From the IMG/VR virus record IMGVR_UViG_3300020049_007251: a stretch of DNA of 64,000 nt, one strand, 5' to 3'. Shown one piece after another: positions 9,868 through 18,682 of the stretch (positions are counted from its first letter, which is position 1; every line of letters begins with the position of its first letter). Both the position numbers and the translations under genes were made by a program. The notes beneath the pieces are model-generated. The model had not been told where the DNA came from. It worked only from the letters and a program-made list of their open reading frames with translations, and ran no database searches. Source of the DNA: an uncultured virus (IMG/VR IMGVR_UViG_3300020049_007251) (taxonomy: Duplodnaviria; Heunggongvirae; Uroviricota; Caudoviricetes).

Positions 9868-10085
9868 ATAATACCACCATAGTTTTTGAGTTTGTAAAAG
9901 TAAATAGTCGCCAAAGAAAAGCTATTGAGAAAAGAATTAAAAAGGCCATTGAAAATACGATAATAGATATTGAGAATGAGATTATGAAATCGTTCTTGGT
10001 GGATAAAAAACTATTCAAAGAAAGTAATGAAACTTGTTCAGAGATGAAAATTAAAATGATGGGGTTACCAAGGAGAGGTAAATAA
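9864..10085 (+). CDS. Hypothetical protein (copy 2 at 57003-57224)
   Basis: Overlapping start/stop in gene run. Confidence 0.5.
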   Translation: MNNTTIVFEFVKVNSRQRKAIEKRIKKAIENTIIDIENEIMKSFLVDKKLFKESNETCSEMKIKMMGLPRRGK

Positions 10086-10237
10086 ATGAGCCTACGAGAG
10101 TGTACTTATTGTTGGGATGAATGTGGAAGAACCTGTGATGGATTTATACAAAACCACTGGAGTAAAGAAAAAATTTTAAAGGAGATAGAGCGTCTTAAAA
10201 AACACCTAGCTGAGAAGTTAGAGAAAGAGAGTGGAAA

Positions 10238-10429
10238 ATGAGTAACAGTGCCAAAGCTATTATTTCATACTCAGCAAGTTTAATTTTACTGTGGGTAGGT
10301 TTTTACATCGGCAGTAAGCTTACATTGGAAGAAACTCCCTGGTATTTCGTTCCTTACATAGCTACCGTATTTATAGCTATTGTTACGACCTTTTGTATGG
10401 GAATGTATTACTCAGAGAAGGTAGAATAG
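10238..10429 (+). CDS. Small two-TM membrane protein (copy 2 at 57377-57568)
   Basis: Two hydrophobic helices. Confidence 0.6.
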   Translation: MSNSAKAIISYSASLILLWVGFYIGSKLTLEETPWYFVPYIATVFIAIVTTFCMGMYYSEKVE

Positions 10430-10563
10430 AATGGTCTACTGGAGTTTTTGTTATCACAAGTTTAATCAAGACGGTACCCTTTTTACTTGTCATGATACAT
10501 TCTATAGGACTAAGAGAGGAACACTAATACATGAACATGAGTCATTCGGAAAGGAACTAACAA

Positions 10564-10779
10564 GTGCCTGAGTCAAATCCAACACTAACTGTGAATTTAG
10601 CAATTCTTATAGGCATAGCTTTAGGGTTATTATTCTGGTTAATCTACGGGATCTATTGCTTGATTGCTTTTTTAATTAAGAAAATCCAAGAAGGATCTGC
10701 GGCTGTAAAGAGAGAACAAATATTTATTGAAAGATATAATGAGTGGTCAAACGAAGAGGAGGTTCAAGATGGAAAATAA
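10564..10779 (+). CDS. Small one-TM membrane protein (copy 2 at 57703-57918)
   Basis: Long hydrophobic segment. Confidence 0.55.
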   Translation: MPESNPTLTVNLAILIGIALGLLFWLIYGIYCLIAFLIKKIQEGSAAVKREQIFIERYNEWSNEEEVQDGK

Positions 10780-11149
10780 ATGGGATTGGTACATAAGATA
10801 TAACGATACCATAGGGGCACAAAGTAAGCTTTGGCCAGTTGGTGCATTACAGAGGTTCCCCAATAGTATCGATACCACTGGTTGGGTAAAGTGTTGTGGA
10901 CAATTATTACAGGTTAGTATGTTTCCTAAGCTATATGCGGTTATTGGTAAAACTTATGGTTACGACGACAGTGATGGAATCCCTCGTTTTAAATTACTAA
11001 CCTTGCATAGAACGGGATTTGTATCAGAGCGTAAAAAACGTTTTACACTCTCGTTTAATGAACTGGAATTGAGATGTCTACTGGATAAAGATCTACCGAT
11101 TGTTTTAAGGCATAAACTACTCCGGGCTTTAGATAAAATTACTGAGTAA
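10769..11149 (+). CDS. Stand-alone tail-collar-domain protein (copy 2 at 57908-58288)
   Basis: PVGAL...GWVKCCGQLL...FPKLYAVIGKTYG...F matches the collar pattern also present in 17828-18673 and 20820-21848; GAGGAGG RBS before ATG 10769. Confidence 0.7.
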   Translation: MENKWDWYIRYNDTIGAQSKLWPVGALQRFPNSIDTTGWVKCCGQLLQVSMFPKLYAVIGKTYGYDDSDGIPRFKLLTLHRTGFVSERKKRFTLSFNELELRCLLDKDLPIVLRHKLLRALDKITE

Positions 11150-11201
11150 AAAGAAATAGCCTCCAACTTGCTCAAGGTCGAAGGCTATTCTTCCGTTTTT
11201 T
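11148..11201. terminator. Probable bidirectional terminator between convergent arms (copy 2 near 58287-58340)
   Basis: AATAGCCT...AGGCTATT stem flanked by A-run and T-run. Confidence 0.55.
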
Positions 11202-11235
11202 CACCAACCGCCCTACCAATTACGGCAGGGGTATC

Positions 11236-11796
11236 TTAGTCACTCCACCAATACCCTGCGGGAATAAACACGTTGGGGTTTGGCTTGAAACTAGCATCCA
11301 GGTCAGCTGGACTTGGTTGCTGACGTATGAACTTAATTGCTCGGTCTAAGGGTTTAAGGAAATCCCATCTTACCTGCTCACTGCAAAACATTTGAAAAGG
11401 ATTCTGGATCCAACGGAGTCGGGTTACCTGGCCAACAAGAACCCCTAGGAAGTCATAGCTATTTTGCCACCACTTTCTTCCCAGTCTCTTTTTAATGTTC
11501 AAGAGGATAATACTTTTTTCCACCAAAGTCAAGTTTCTTACTTTCCAGAATTTCAACATCATTCCTTCGGTAAGATAGACATCGATCGGGTGTTCTTTAA
11601 ACCCTCCGAAATCCTGGGAAACACAGAATCCTGGACGATGCATAATGAAGGCGTGGTTGTAATTTCCTTTGGTATGGGACTTGATGGCGTAACCAATGAA
11701 CCCCCTTAGGTCATCCGCTAAAACAATCAGAGGTAAATCAGCTTCGGTGAATTTTTTAGGATCAGTATACACCTTTCCCTCTTTAATTTCTTCCAT
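11236..11796 (-). CDS. Permuted papain-like (YiiX/YaeF-type NlpC/P60) amidase, candidate lysis enzyme (copy 2 at 58375-58935)
   Basis: His motif YNHAFI precedes YDFLG...FCSE Cys motif and terminal SPADL. Confidence 0.75.
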   Translation of the reverse strand: MEEIKEGKVYTDPKKFTEADLPLIVLADDLRGFIGYAIKSHTKGNYNHAFIMHRPGFCVSQDFGGFKEHPIDVYLTEGMMLKFWKVRNLTLVEKSIILLNIKKRLGRKWWQNSYDFLGVLVGQVTRLRWIQNPFQMFCSEQVRWDFLKPLDRAIKFIRQQPSPADLDASFKPNPNVFIPAGYWWSD

Positions 11797-11956
11797 TTAA
11801 GAACCCCGTGGTTGTGTTAGATTTATACCCAGTGTTCAAGCTTCCGCTACCGTAAATGCTCTCAACATTCGTACCCGTTGCTGTAACTTCCATTTGCCTG
11901 GAAAAAGTGCAGCCGATAATACCCAGCATTAGAATCACTAGAATAAAATCCCTCAT
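11783..11956 (-). CDS. Small lipoprotein, 57 aa, not in the ORF track (copy 2 at 58922-59095)
   Basis: MRDFILVILMLGIIG-CTFSRQ...; lipobox-like Cys16; start overlaps holin stop. Confidence 0.6.
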   Translation of the reverse strand: MRDFILVILMLGIIGCTFSRQMEVTATGTNVESIYGSGSLNTGYKSNTTTGFLNGRN

Positions 11957-12165
11957 AGTTTTTCTCCAGTTGCTTTGGATACAGTCGTAGTAATGGCGTG
12001 TCGAATGTTCATACTTTGGATAGCGGTAAAGACTGCTGTGAGCAACTCCTCGATTGTGATAGCGTGATTAAGGTAGGCAACGATAGCCGTTAGAACAGCA
12101 GCTGTTGCTGTTAGGTAAGTCTTGTAGCCGTTTAAAAGATTGAGTAGTTTGATAATCAAGTTCAT
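11953..12165 (-). CDS. Putative holin (copy 2 at 59092-59304)
   Basis: 70 aa, GYKTYL followed by hydrophobic helices; lysis-cassette position. Confidence 0.6.
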   Translation of the reverse strand: MNLIIKLLNLLNGYKTYLTATAAVLTAIVAYLNHAITIEELLTAVFTAIQSMNIRHAITTTVSKATGEKL

Positions 12166-12359
12166 TCGTGTCTCCTTTGTTTTCTTTCTTCATTTAGTAG
12201 ACCTAAATCAAACCTAAGCTGATCAATGAGAGTAATGGCTAATTCGAGTTTATTTAATTGTATAGCTTTCTCCAGTATCACAATCTTCCTCACACAGTCC
12301 TTAATGTTTTTTAGTTGTTCGGGGGTCATAGTAATTGGGTTGCACTGGTGTTTTTGCAT
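12162..12359 (-). CDS. Hypothetical protein (copy 2 at 59301-59498)
   Basis: Short ORF overlapping neighbours. Confidence 0.5.
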   Translation of the reverse strand: MQKHQCNPITMTPEQLKNIKDCVRKIVILEKAIQLNKLELAITLIDQLRFDLGLLNEERKQRRHE

Positions 12360-12645
12360 TCATTCTCTCGTCAATAAAGTATTTAATATATTTGTCGTGC
12401 CACTCAATTCGTTCTTCCATTTTGCCGTATAGTATGAACCCTCCGACAACGTAGGTGGCAAAGGATCCGATCAATCCAATAATCGCCCACCGCCACTTCT
12501 TACCGTCACGGACGTAATTGTCGTGATCTTTTACAACACCGATCAATCCGGTATTTTCTAGTGTGCCGTCACCTACGAGTAGGACTCTGAAATTTTTAAT
12601 CTCCTTTAGCATTTCATCTTTAAATTCTTGAGTGAATTCCATCAC
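12301..12645 (-). CDS. One-TM holin/spanin-like membrane protein (copy 2 at 59440-59784)
   Basis: Central TM helix; protein identical in both copies despite several nucleotide differences. Confidence 0.65.
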   Translation of the reverse strand: MMEFTQEFKDEMLKEIKNFRVLLVGDGTLENTGLIGVVKDHDNYVRDGKKWRWAIIGLIGSFATYVVGGFILYGKMEERIEWHDKYIKYFIDERMNAKTPVQPNYYDPRTTKKH

Positions 12646-12818
12646 TGACTCCTATTAGTTTTAATGATGCTCTCTATGGTGTGGAGTTCTTTTATTAGGC
12701 TTTGTTTATAAAGTGCATTTAGGTTTAATAAACGTATTCCTGACTTAAAAGATTCTAGGGTCTTTACCATGAACTTATATTTTTCTGGAGGAATAGTCAA
12801 GACTACGTTTTCTATCAT
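12642..12818 (-). CDS. Hypothetical 58-aa protein, not in the ORF track (copy 2 at 59781-59957)
   Basis: MIENVVLTIPPEKYKF...NRSQ; inter-copy differences are synonymous in this frame. Confidence 0.65.
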   Translation of the reverse strand: MIENVVLTIPPEKYKFMVKTLESFKSGIRLLNLNALYKQSLIKELHTIESIIKTNRSQ

Positions 12819-12819
12819 A

Positions 12820-14088
12820 TTAGTAACCTTTGATTGTTGTTGTTCCCGGAGCGTTAAAAGTTAATACCGTACCATATCTAATCGTTGAAGTTACGGGTGT
12901 ACCTGAAGGGGTAAGTTGATAGTTCACTGCAAAGTTCGAAGCTGATAAAGCTTCACGGAAACTTTCACTACACGTAGTTGCTGCTTCCGATATCACACAA
13001 CCTGTAAGGTCAGTCAAGGAGTTAGTATGGTCTCTTAAATTAAATGTCCAAGATTGTACCCCTGCTCCACTTCCCGGAGCCGTGGCTGCCTTAGCATAAA
13101 ATCCCATGGCATATAGATTACCAGGTAATAATTGATTATTCGTAGTAGTGGAAGCAGTAGTCGTTGCTCCTCCTGAGAAGGCTGAATAGTGAACGACACT
13201 TACCGAAGGTGACGCTGCTCCACTGGGAACTACGAAAGTTCCAGGAATACTGGAAGTCAATTTTACACCTGCGGATATGTACCTGGCTGTGGGCGTATTA
13301 GCAGGTACTACTTTTAATGAAAGGATATCTCCCGGTGCCGTAGTTATACTGTTTACTGTATCTTGACATGTGGTAGCTGTTTCGAGTACTACGCAGGTAA
13401 TAGCTGTATCTACTTGATTTTTTCGTAAGGTTATCGTGTAAGATTTCCCTGATGCGCCTGCCCCTGCTGAACCATCTAGGTAAACATAAAGCTGTGAAAC
13501 TTGTGCCACGATGGGAATTAGCCCACCACCTTCGGTAGCATTTGGAGCACAACTACTATTGATACCGAGGTAATTTGTAGCTGAAGCACTAAAAATTGTA
13601 GCTGAGGCTGGACAACCAACGAAGTCATTACGATTTGTATTGGTAATATCCTTTATAACGTAGCCAGTAATTGCACTATATGTAGGTGCTCCGGCTGCGG
13701 TTGTAGCTTGTAAAGATACTGTGTCACCACGTACAAGATTAATTACGTTGGTACTATCCGTACAGGTAGTTGCAGGGTCGGTCATAGTGCAGGTTAACAA
13801 AGAAGCTGAACCATTAACAATCACCGTATAAGCTATGGCACCAGTTCCCCCACCTGGTGCTGTAGCCGCTGAGATACTTAGGTTCCTGAGACTCATGTTT
13901 CCAGCAACTACCATTCTTCTTTTAGTATTGCTAGCATCTCCTCCACCACCCTGACCAAAAGACAAGTAATGATTGGCCGTTACCGTATTACCTGCACTAC
14001 TTAGTGACCACATCGTAGTCAAAGCATGAGCCAATGAGGTTTGAAGTAGCATTAGCAGAGTGATTATAAATACTTTACTTAGTTTCAT
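12820..14088 (-). CDS. Signal-peptide-bearing protein of three tandem beta-sandwich (C1q/BclA-CTD-like) repeats, allele 1
   Basis: N-terminal K + hydrophobic core + AHA; three repeats each with C-x8-C. Confidence 0.7.
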   Translation of the reverse strand: MKLSKVFIITLLMLLQTSLAHALTTMWSLSSAGNTVTANHYLSFGQGGGGDASNTKRRMVVAGNMSLRNLSISAATAPGGGTGAIAYTVIVNGSASLLTCTMTDPATTCTDSTNVINLVRGDTVSLQATTAAGAPTYSAITGYVIKDITNTNRNDFVGCPASATIFSASATNYLGINSSCAPNATEGGGLIPIVAQVSQLYVYLDGSAGAGASGKSYTITLRKNQVDTAITCVVLETATTCQDTVNSITTAPGDILSLKVVPANTPTARYISAGVKLTSSIPGTFVVPSGAASPSVSVVHYSAFSGGATTTASTTTNNQLLPGNLYAMGFYAKAATAPGSGAGVQSWTFNLRDHTNSLTDLTGCVISEAATTCSESFREALSASNFAVNYQLTPSGTPVTSTIRYGTVLTFNAPGTTTIKGY

Positions 14089-14116
14089 ATTTTAAATCTC
14101 CTTTATATTAATTAAT

Positions 14117-16924
14117 TTAATAGTCAAGTTTAGCAATAACATTAGCTGAAACAACGTCCACCGTTCCTCCTCCAGTAGCCGCTGACATTCCGCAATAGAG
14201 TTGGATTTGATCGTTGTAATTCGTTGTGATATACTGAATTTCTGGAATAGCAACTAAGCCTGCACTATCCGTGATTGCACTTAGTATTCTTAAGTCCACC
14301 GTACGTGTGGCATTGGTTAATGCTCCAGCGGTATTGTTCGTACGATAGAGAAGACACGTGGCTGTTTGCGGTGCTGCAAATGTAGCAGCATTATACTTAA
14401 GCTGTGCACTAGCGTTTAATCGATACGTTCCAGGTTGATCAATGGTTATTACTGGAGAAGTAGTCCCAAAGGTTACTGCTGCTGAAGCGTTAGTTAATGA
14501 GTACACGGTACCTGCAGCGTAGGCCGAGATAGTGTAATTAAGTTGTACTCCGTTTGAAGCGTATTCTTGACCACTGGGTAGATTAATTCCTCCTGCGAAT
14601 GAAGAGAACCCTGAGGCAGAAATTCCAGATCCTCCGATAGTAAGTGGAGAAATGAACGGAGAAGAATTGCTATTGATGACGGCGTCATTTACTGCGTACG
14701 TGTTTATGGTATCAGCTGCTCCCATGAGACCGTATTGGTTAGCTGTAATCAGTGGACCACTGGCGTAAATACCGTAAGCCGATCCTGTGGATTTACTGGT
14801 ACGATAGTATCCTCCGTATACGTTAAAGGTAGAAGCAAACGTAGCTCCGGTATCTGTAAATTCAAACGCCTTAGATACCCCGGTAGTCGCTGGAATGATA
14901 ATATTCGGACTATACACACTCAGAGTGGAGACCGCATCTAAAGTAGAAGCTTGTGTACTAGAAATACCGAGACAGGTTCCAGAGGCACAAGCTATGTTGA
15001 TTACTGGATTATAGATTGATCCTCCAGCGTCATTGTATATAATTCCCGTACTGTTACCGCTTGCAGTTGGTTTATTAATTTTAATATTCCTGAGATTAAC
15101 ACTAGCAAGGCTGGTTCCCCCCGTACCGTTAACCAGGATTCCGCTCCAACCTCCGATAAGATCTAAGCAGAAATTTTCAATAGAAACGTTGTCTGCTGTA
15201 ACATTGAAAAGCTGTGTGTTTGTTCCTCCGTAAGTAGCTATGTGAGTACATCCATCAGTACCGCTTCCAATCAGGTGTACCGACTTAGTAATAGAGAGAG
15301 CCGCATTGAATTGCATTGATGGTGGGAAGTAAACTCGATCGTTGGTAGCAACAACATAGGCTATAAAAGGAGCTATGTAGCTCTGTGAGTCTATTGAAGT
15401 AGTTGCACTAGAACTAATTGTCCAAAAGTTACTTGTCTTTCCAGAAGATCCCTTTAGAGTATAAGTACCCGTTGATTTGAGGGAGTATTTACCGTTCGTG
15501 AATTCCACGTTATCAATATGGGCTATTACTGGATCACCAAATCCAGAACCGTCACGGAAGTCAGAAGATACCCCATCACATACCCCGTTAGACCACCAGG
15601 TTTCGTTTACTGTTCCATGCCCTGAGTCATTGGTAACCTTACAGGCTTCACCTGTTCCGGTCGCACCACCAGAGTGAGCATAGCTATAAAAATTACTTAC
15701 CTTTGCATACGTATTAAATAAACTTCCGCCTGCGGATGCGTTCTGGTAGGCAACATCAAGACCTCTACAGAAAGTCGGTGCGTAGGATTGGCAATCAACT
15801 CTAACGTTCCAATCATTGATTGACCCCGACATGTCTGCTTCTGCAGTTGAATTCATCGGAGTACGAATACCCCATGCGCTTGTTGTTGCTGAAGAAGTTA
15901 AAATATTCCCACGTACTCCATCGATTACGTAACCTGAATCGTTAATAACAAAACCGTAAACAGTTGTCATGGAGGCATCGGGAGTAAAATCAAACTGAAT
16001 ATTCCTTAATATGAAAGCATTTTCGCTACCCACCGTACCAGCATTTTGATTAATACTTATACACGAAGTAGCAAAGGCTCCCGTGCAACGGACATTACCA
16101 ATATACATAGGTTTAGTTACGTCTTTGGTAGTAGCTGTAATAATAGCTGCAGCCGTAGCTGTTCTATTAAATAGAGTATTAGCAAAGTCTACCCACACAC
16201 CGCTAGGAATTTCAACCGTTGAAGCGGTAGTAAGAGTATATGAACATCCCGCAGGAAATTGAACTCTTGTACTTTCTGGTAATGCTGCCATATAAGCTAC
16301 AATGTCAGCTGGACAAGATGTCAGCTGTGTGAAGGCTCCAGTAACCTGACTACCTCCTCCACTACTAGTTCCACAACTAAATGAATTCGTAGTAGCATCA
16401 TAGTTCAAATGGTTCCCTCCAGAGTCAGTACACGAAGGAAGTATCGTAGCCTGAAATGCTGTACCATTAGATACCACAGTAGCGTCATCAGCAGCACTAG
16501 AAAGACCAGTACCACCGTTAGCTAAGGGCACCTGTCCAGAAAGTTGCGCTGCAGGAATGGAGGTTAATCCCGAACCACTACCACTAAACGTGGTGGCTTT
16601 CACAGTTCCAGTAACGTCCAGTTTCTGGGTTGGGGAAGCATTACCAATCCCGATGTTTGTACCGTCCGTGTAAAGCATGTTACCGCCAGCAAAGATCCCT
16701 CCGTTATTATACTGAAACTGCCCAGTAGAACCTGCTGGGGTACCACCAAAGGTGGCATCGTTGACAGCCTGAAGAGCCTTTTGGACTGTGTTTGCGTTGA
16801 CAGGTATATTGTCTCCGAAGGTAGACGTATTAACTGTCACGTCCTTGGCTGGGACTCTCGTATCAGCAAAAGCTAAAGATGACGAAAGTAGGATTGCAAG
16901 TAAACTTAAAAACCATTTTTTCAT
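14117..16924 (-). CDS. Fibre/tailspike-like beta-helix protein with signal peptide, allele 1
   Basis: [35 protein letters not shown] fibre motif; pectin-lyase-like beta-helix segments; position after baseplate and fibre genes. Confidence 0.75.
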   Translation of the reverse strand: MKKWFLSLLAILLSSSLAFADTRVPAKDVTVNTSTFGDNIPVNANTVQKALQAVNDATFGGTPAGSTGQFQYNNGGIFAGGNMLYTDGTNIGIGNASPTQKLDVTGTVKATTFSGSGSGLTSIPAAQLSGQVPLANGGTGLSSAADDATVVSNGTAFQATILPSCTDSGGNHLNYDATTNSFSCGTSSGGGSQVTGAFTQLTSCPADIVAYMAALPESTRVQFPAGCSYTLTTASTVEIPSGVWVDFANTLFNRTATAAAIITATTKDVTKPMYIGNVRCTGAFATSCISINQNAGTVGSENAFILRNIQFDFTPDASMTTVYGFVINDSGYVIDGVRGNILTSSATTSAWGIRTPMNSTAEADMSGSINDWNVRVDCQSYAPTFCRGLDVAYQNASAGGSLFNTYAKVSNFYSYAHSGGATGTGEACKVTNDSGHGTVNETWWSNGVCDGVSSDFRDGSGFGDPVIAHIDNVEFTNGKYSLKSTGTYTLKGSSGKTSNFWTISSSATTSIDSQSYIAPFIAYVVATNDRVYFPPSMQFNAALSITKSVHLIGSGTDGCTHIATYGGTNTQLFNVTADNVSIENFCLDLIGGWSGILVNGTGGTSLASVNLRNIKINKPTASGNSTGIIYNDAGGSIYNPVINIACASGTCLGISSTQASTLDAVSTLSVYSPNIIIPATTGVSKAFEFTDTGATFASTFNVYGGYYRTSKSTGSAYGIYASGPLITANQYGLMGAADTINTYAVNDAVINSNSSPFISPLTIGGSGISASGFSSFAGGINLPSGQEYASNGVQLNYTISAYAAGTVYSLTNASAAVTFGTTSPVITIDQPGTYRLNASAQLKYNAATFAAPQTATCLLYRTNNTAGALTNATRTVDLRILSAITDSAGLVAIPEIQYITTNYNDQIQLYCGMSAATGGGTVDVVSANVIAKLDY

Positions 16925-17308
16925 TTGTTTCTCCTTAGCTGTTAATTCCGACTACATATAGTTTATCGTTTATATCTAATCCTACGTTCAAGGTTAATGT
17001 GTAACCATTTATTGTATAGTCTAAGTTGTCTTGTACAACTCCGTTCACTGCTACGTACACAATAGGGTTAGGCTGGAAAGAAAGTGTGAATACGGTCTTG
17101 TTAGCTGTGCCGACCAATTCATAGTACGAGGCAAAATTAAGAACATTAGCCCCCACCACCGGAGTCATGACTTGGTAAAAACCAGCCACCTTGTCTCCGA
17201 TGTCTCTTCCAGGACTTACAGTCAGGGTACTGTCCAAAATAGTGTAATCTCCGTTTAAAGGATCCTGAGCTATCCCATTTATGTTCACGGAAATAATTCC
17301 AGTCAATA
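16555..17308 (+). repeat. Diverged direct repeat (pairs with 63247-64000)
   Basis: Offset 46692; many third-position differences, proteins almost identical. Confidence 0.9.
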
Positions 17309-17450
17309 CCGGGTAGTCATCAAGTTCAAAATCCGTTTGTCCGTCTGAAGTAGCGACAATCGAGAAGTTTCGATACTGGGGTAGAATGGGAAATTGAGAT
17401 AGTGCCTCAATTACTTTCTGCTGTTGTAGTAGCACTATTCCTGGATTCAT
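16935..17450 (-). CDS. Putative fibre adaptor with two internal beta repeats
   Basis: Repeat x-F-x-L...V-x-(I/V)NG-x-x-Q...DYTI...TLT...D-x-x-DK occurs twice. Confidence 0.6.
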   Translation of the reverse strand: MNPGIVLLQQQKVIEALSQFPILPQYRNFSIVATSDGQTDFELDDYPVLTGIISVNINGIAQDPLNGDYTILDSTLTVSPGRDIGDKVAGFYQVMTPVVGANVLNFASYYELVGTANKTVFTLSFQPNPIVYVAVNGVVQDNLDYTINGYTLTLNVGLDINDKLYVVGINS

Positions 17451-17818
17451 TTAGTAGTCCTTTCAATAACATTAGCCGTCCCGAAAATAATTTGTTCTGT
17501 CCACCCACTTACGTTTGTTACTAAAACATCATAACTCCAGCTTCCTACTGGAAGAGTAGTGGTTACGCTTTTAGGGATTAATAATTCTATTTTTCCATTT
17601 GGTCCATCAATTAAAATTGTACCCAGTGCCGTAGAAATATTCACTAGTGGTGTACCCGTAGAACCCACCGTTGGTCTTACCTGCATTTGCACACTGTACC
17701 CAGTGATATTAACTGGATATTTTAGTCCGATCGATTCTACACTTACCATATAAATAATTGGTAAATAAAAATCTGTTCCTCTTACGATATCGATAGCTAC
17801 TTCACAATTATTCTGCAT
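17447..17818 (-). CDS. BppU-N-like tail adaptor protein
   Basis: RGTDF...NITGYSVQMQVR...G-x-I-x-L...YDV pattern. Confidence 0.6.
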   Translation of the reverse strand: MQNNCEVAIDIVRGTDFYLPIIYMVSVESIGLKYPVNITGYSVQMQVRPTVGSTGTPLVNISTALGTILIDGPNGKIELLIPKSVTTTLPVGSWSYDVLVTNVSGWTEQIIFGTANVIERTTK

Positions 17819-17827
17819 ATAAGATCC

Positions 17828-18673
17828 TTAAGTTTTGATGATGTAATTAAGAACCAATGAAGGTTGAATATTATTGTGTGCATTTCCACCACCTTCAGTT
17901 GAAGTAGAAGCGTCTTGTCTATTGGTATTACTACCACCTGCCGGAGATTCACTACCGCTTCCAGAGTTATGAGCATACCAGGTAGAGTGACTATGTGCTG
18001 GCATTTCTGAGGTAGTTAAGGTATGTGTCTTTGCTCCAGGGTTCGCTCCTAGAGTACCAAAATCAGAATCAGCTGCTTTATATCCTACTGCTACATTTCC
18101 TCTTAAGTCTGGAATATTGAAGGTTGTTGCCCCATCTCCTGCACCATAAGTTGTACCGCAAATTGCAAAAAGGGCTGCATAGGTCGCTCTACTAACTGCG
18201 GCACCGTTACATATTAAATAGCCAGTAGGAGCAATTGCTCCAGCAAACATCTTTACAACCCCTGAAGTCTCAGTGTTCTTAGCACCAATACCAGGCTGCC
18301 AACTTGCAGGAGAAGAAGCAGGAGCATTACCAGTGTTGTTGTCTGCAAGTGATTGGTAGATCTGTCCAGCAATCTGAACATAGCTATCAAGGTAATAGGT
18401 TGTTGCTGAGTCATATTCGGGAATACCCATTTGAAGTAAGTAGGCCAGCATATAGCCATAGACATAGTCTACTGCATTCATGTCTTCAAGAAAAGGTCGA
18501 TTGGTTGCTATTGTTTCAGCTGCCCAACCTCTTGGCCAGGCAGTTCCTGCTTGTAGAGTAGCAATATCTGCTGAATATATTGGAGCAGCATAAGAACCAA
18601 ACTGACCAATTTCAGATCCAGCATTTACTGTGCTCCCGAATTGTAATAGTGTTTTTCTAAGTAGCTTTGCCAT
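17828..18673 (-). CDS. Short tail fibre with tail-collar domain
   Basis: N-terminal QMGIPEYD baseplate-binding region; PTGYLICNG...FNIPDLRG collar; PAHSH; HNNIQP...NYIIK C-terminus. Confidence 0.85.
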   Translation of the reverse strand: MAKLLRKTLLQFGSTVNAGSEIGQFGSYAAPIYSADIATLQAGTAWPRGWAAETIATNRPFLEDMNAVDYVYGYMLAYLLQMGIPEYDSATTYYLDSYVQIAGQIYQSLADNNTGNAPASSPASWQPGIGAKNTETSGVVKMFAGAIAPTGYLICNGAAVSRATYAALFAICGTTYGAGDGATTFNIPDLRGNVAVGYKAADSDFGTLGANPGAKTHTLTTSEMPAHSHSTWYAHNSGSGSESPAGGSNTNRQDASTSTEGGGNAHNNIQPSLVLNYIIKT

Positions 18674-18682
18674 TTAATTCTC

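Larger units (their letters stand above)
7580..12831 (+). repeat. Long direct repeat, copy 1 (pairs with 54719-59970)
   Basis: All ORF coordinates shift by exactly 47139; substitutions seen only near 8010-8045 and 12385-12780. Confidence 0.95.

Noticed and set aside
12162..12180. RRHE at the C-terminus of the 65-aa ORF matching the MRRHELVE leader
   Set aside because: Four residues only, arising from the AGGAG RBS and start of the next gene.
12820..16924. Diversity-generating retroelement or invertible fibre switch
   Set aside because: No reverse transcriptase or invertase seen, no adenine-specific template/variable pair, and both alleles are in the same orientation.
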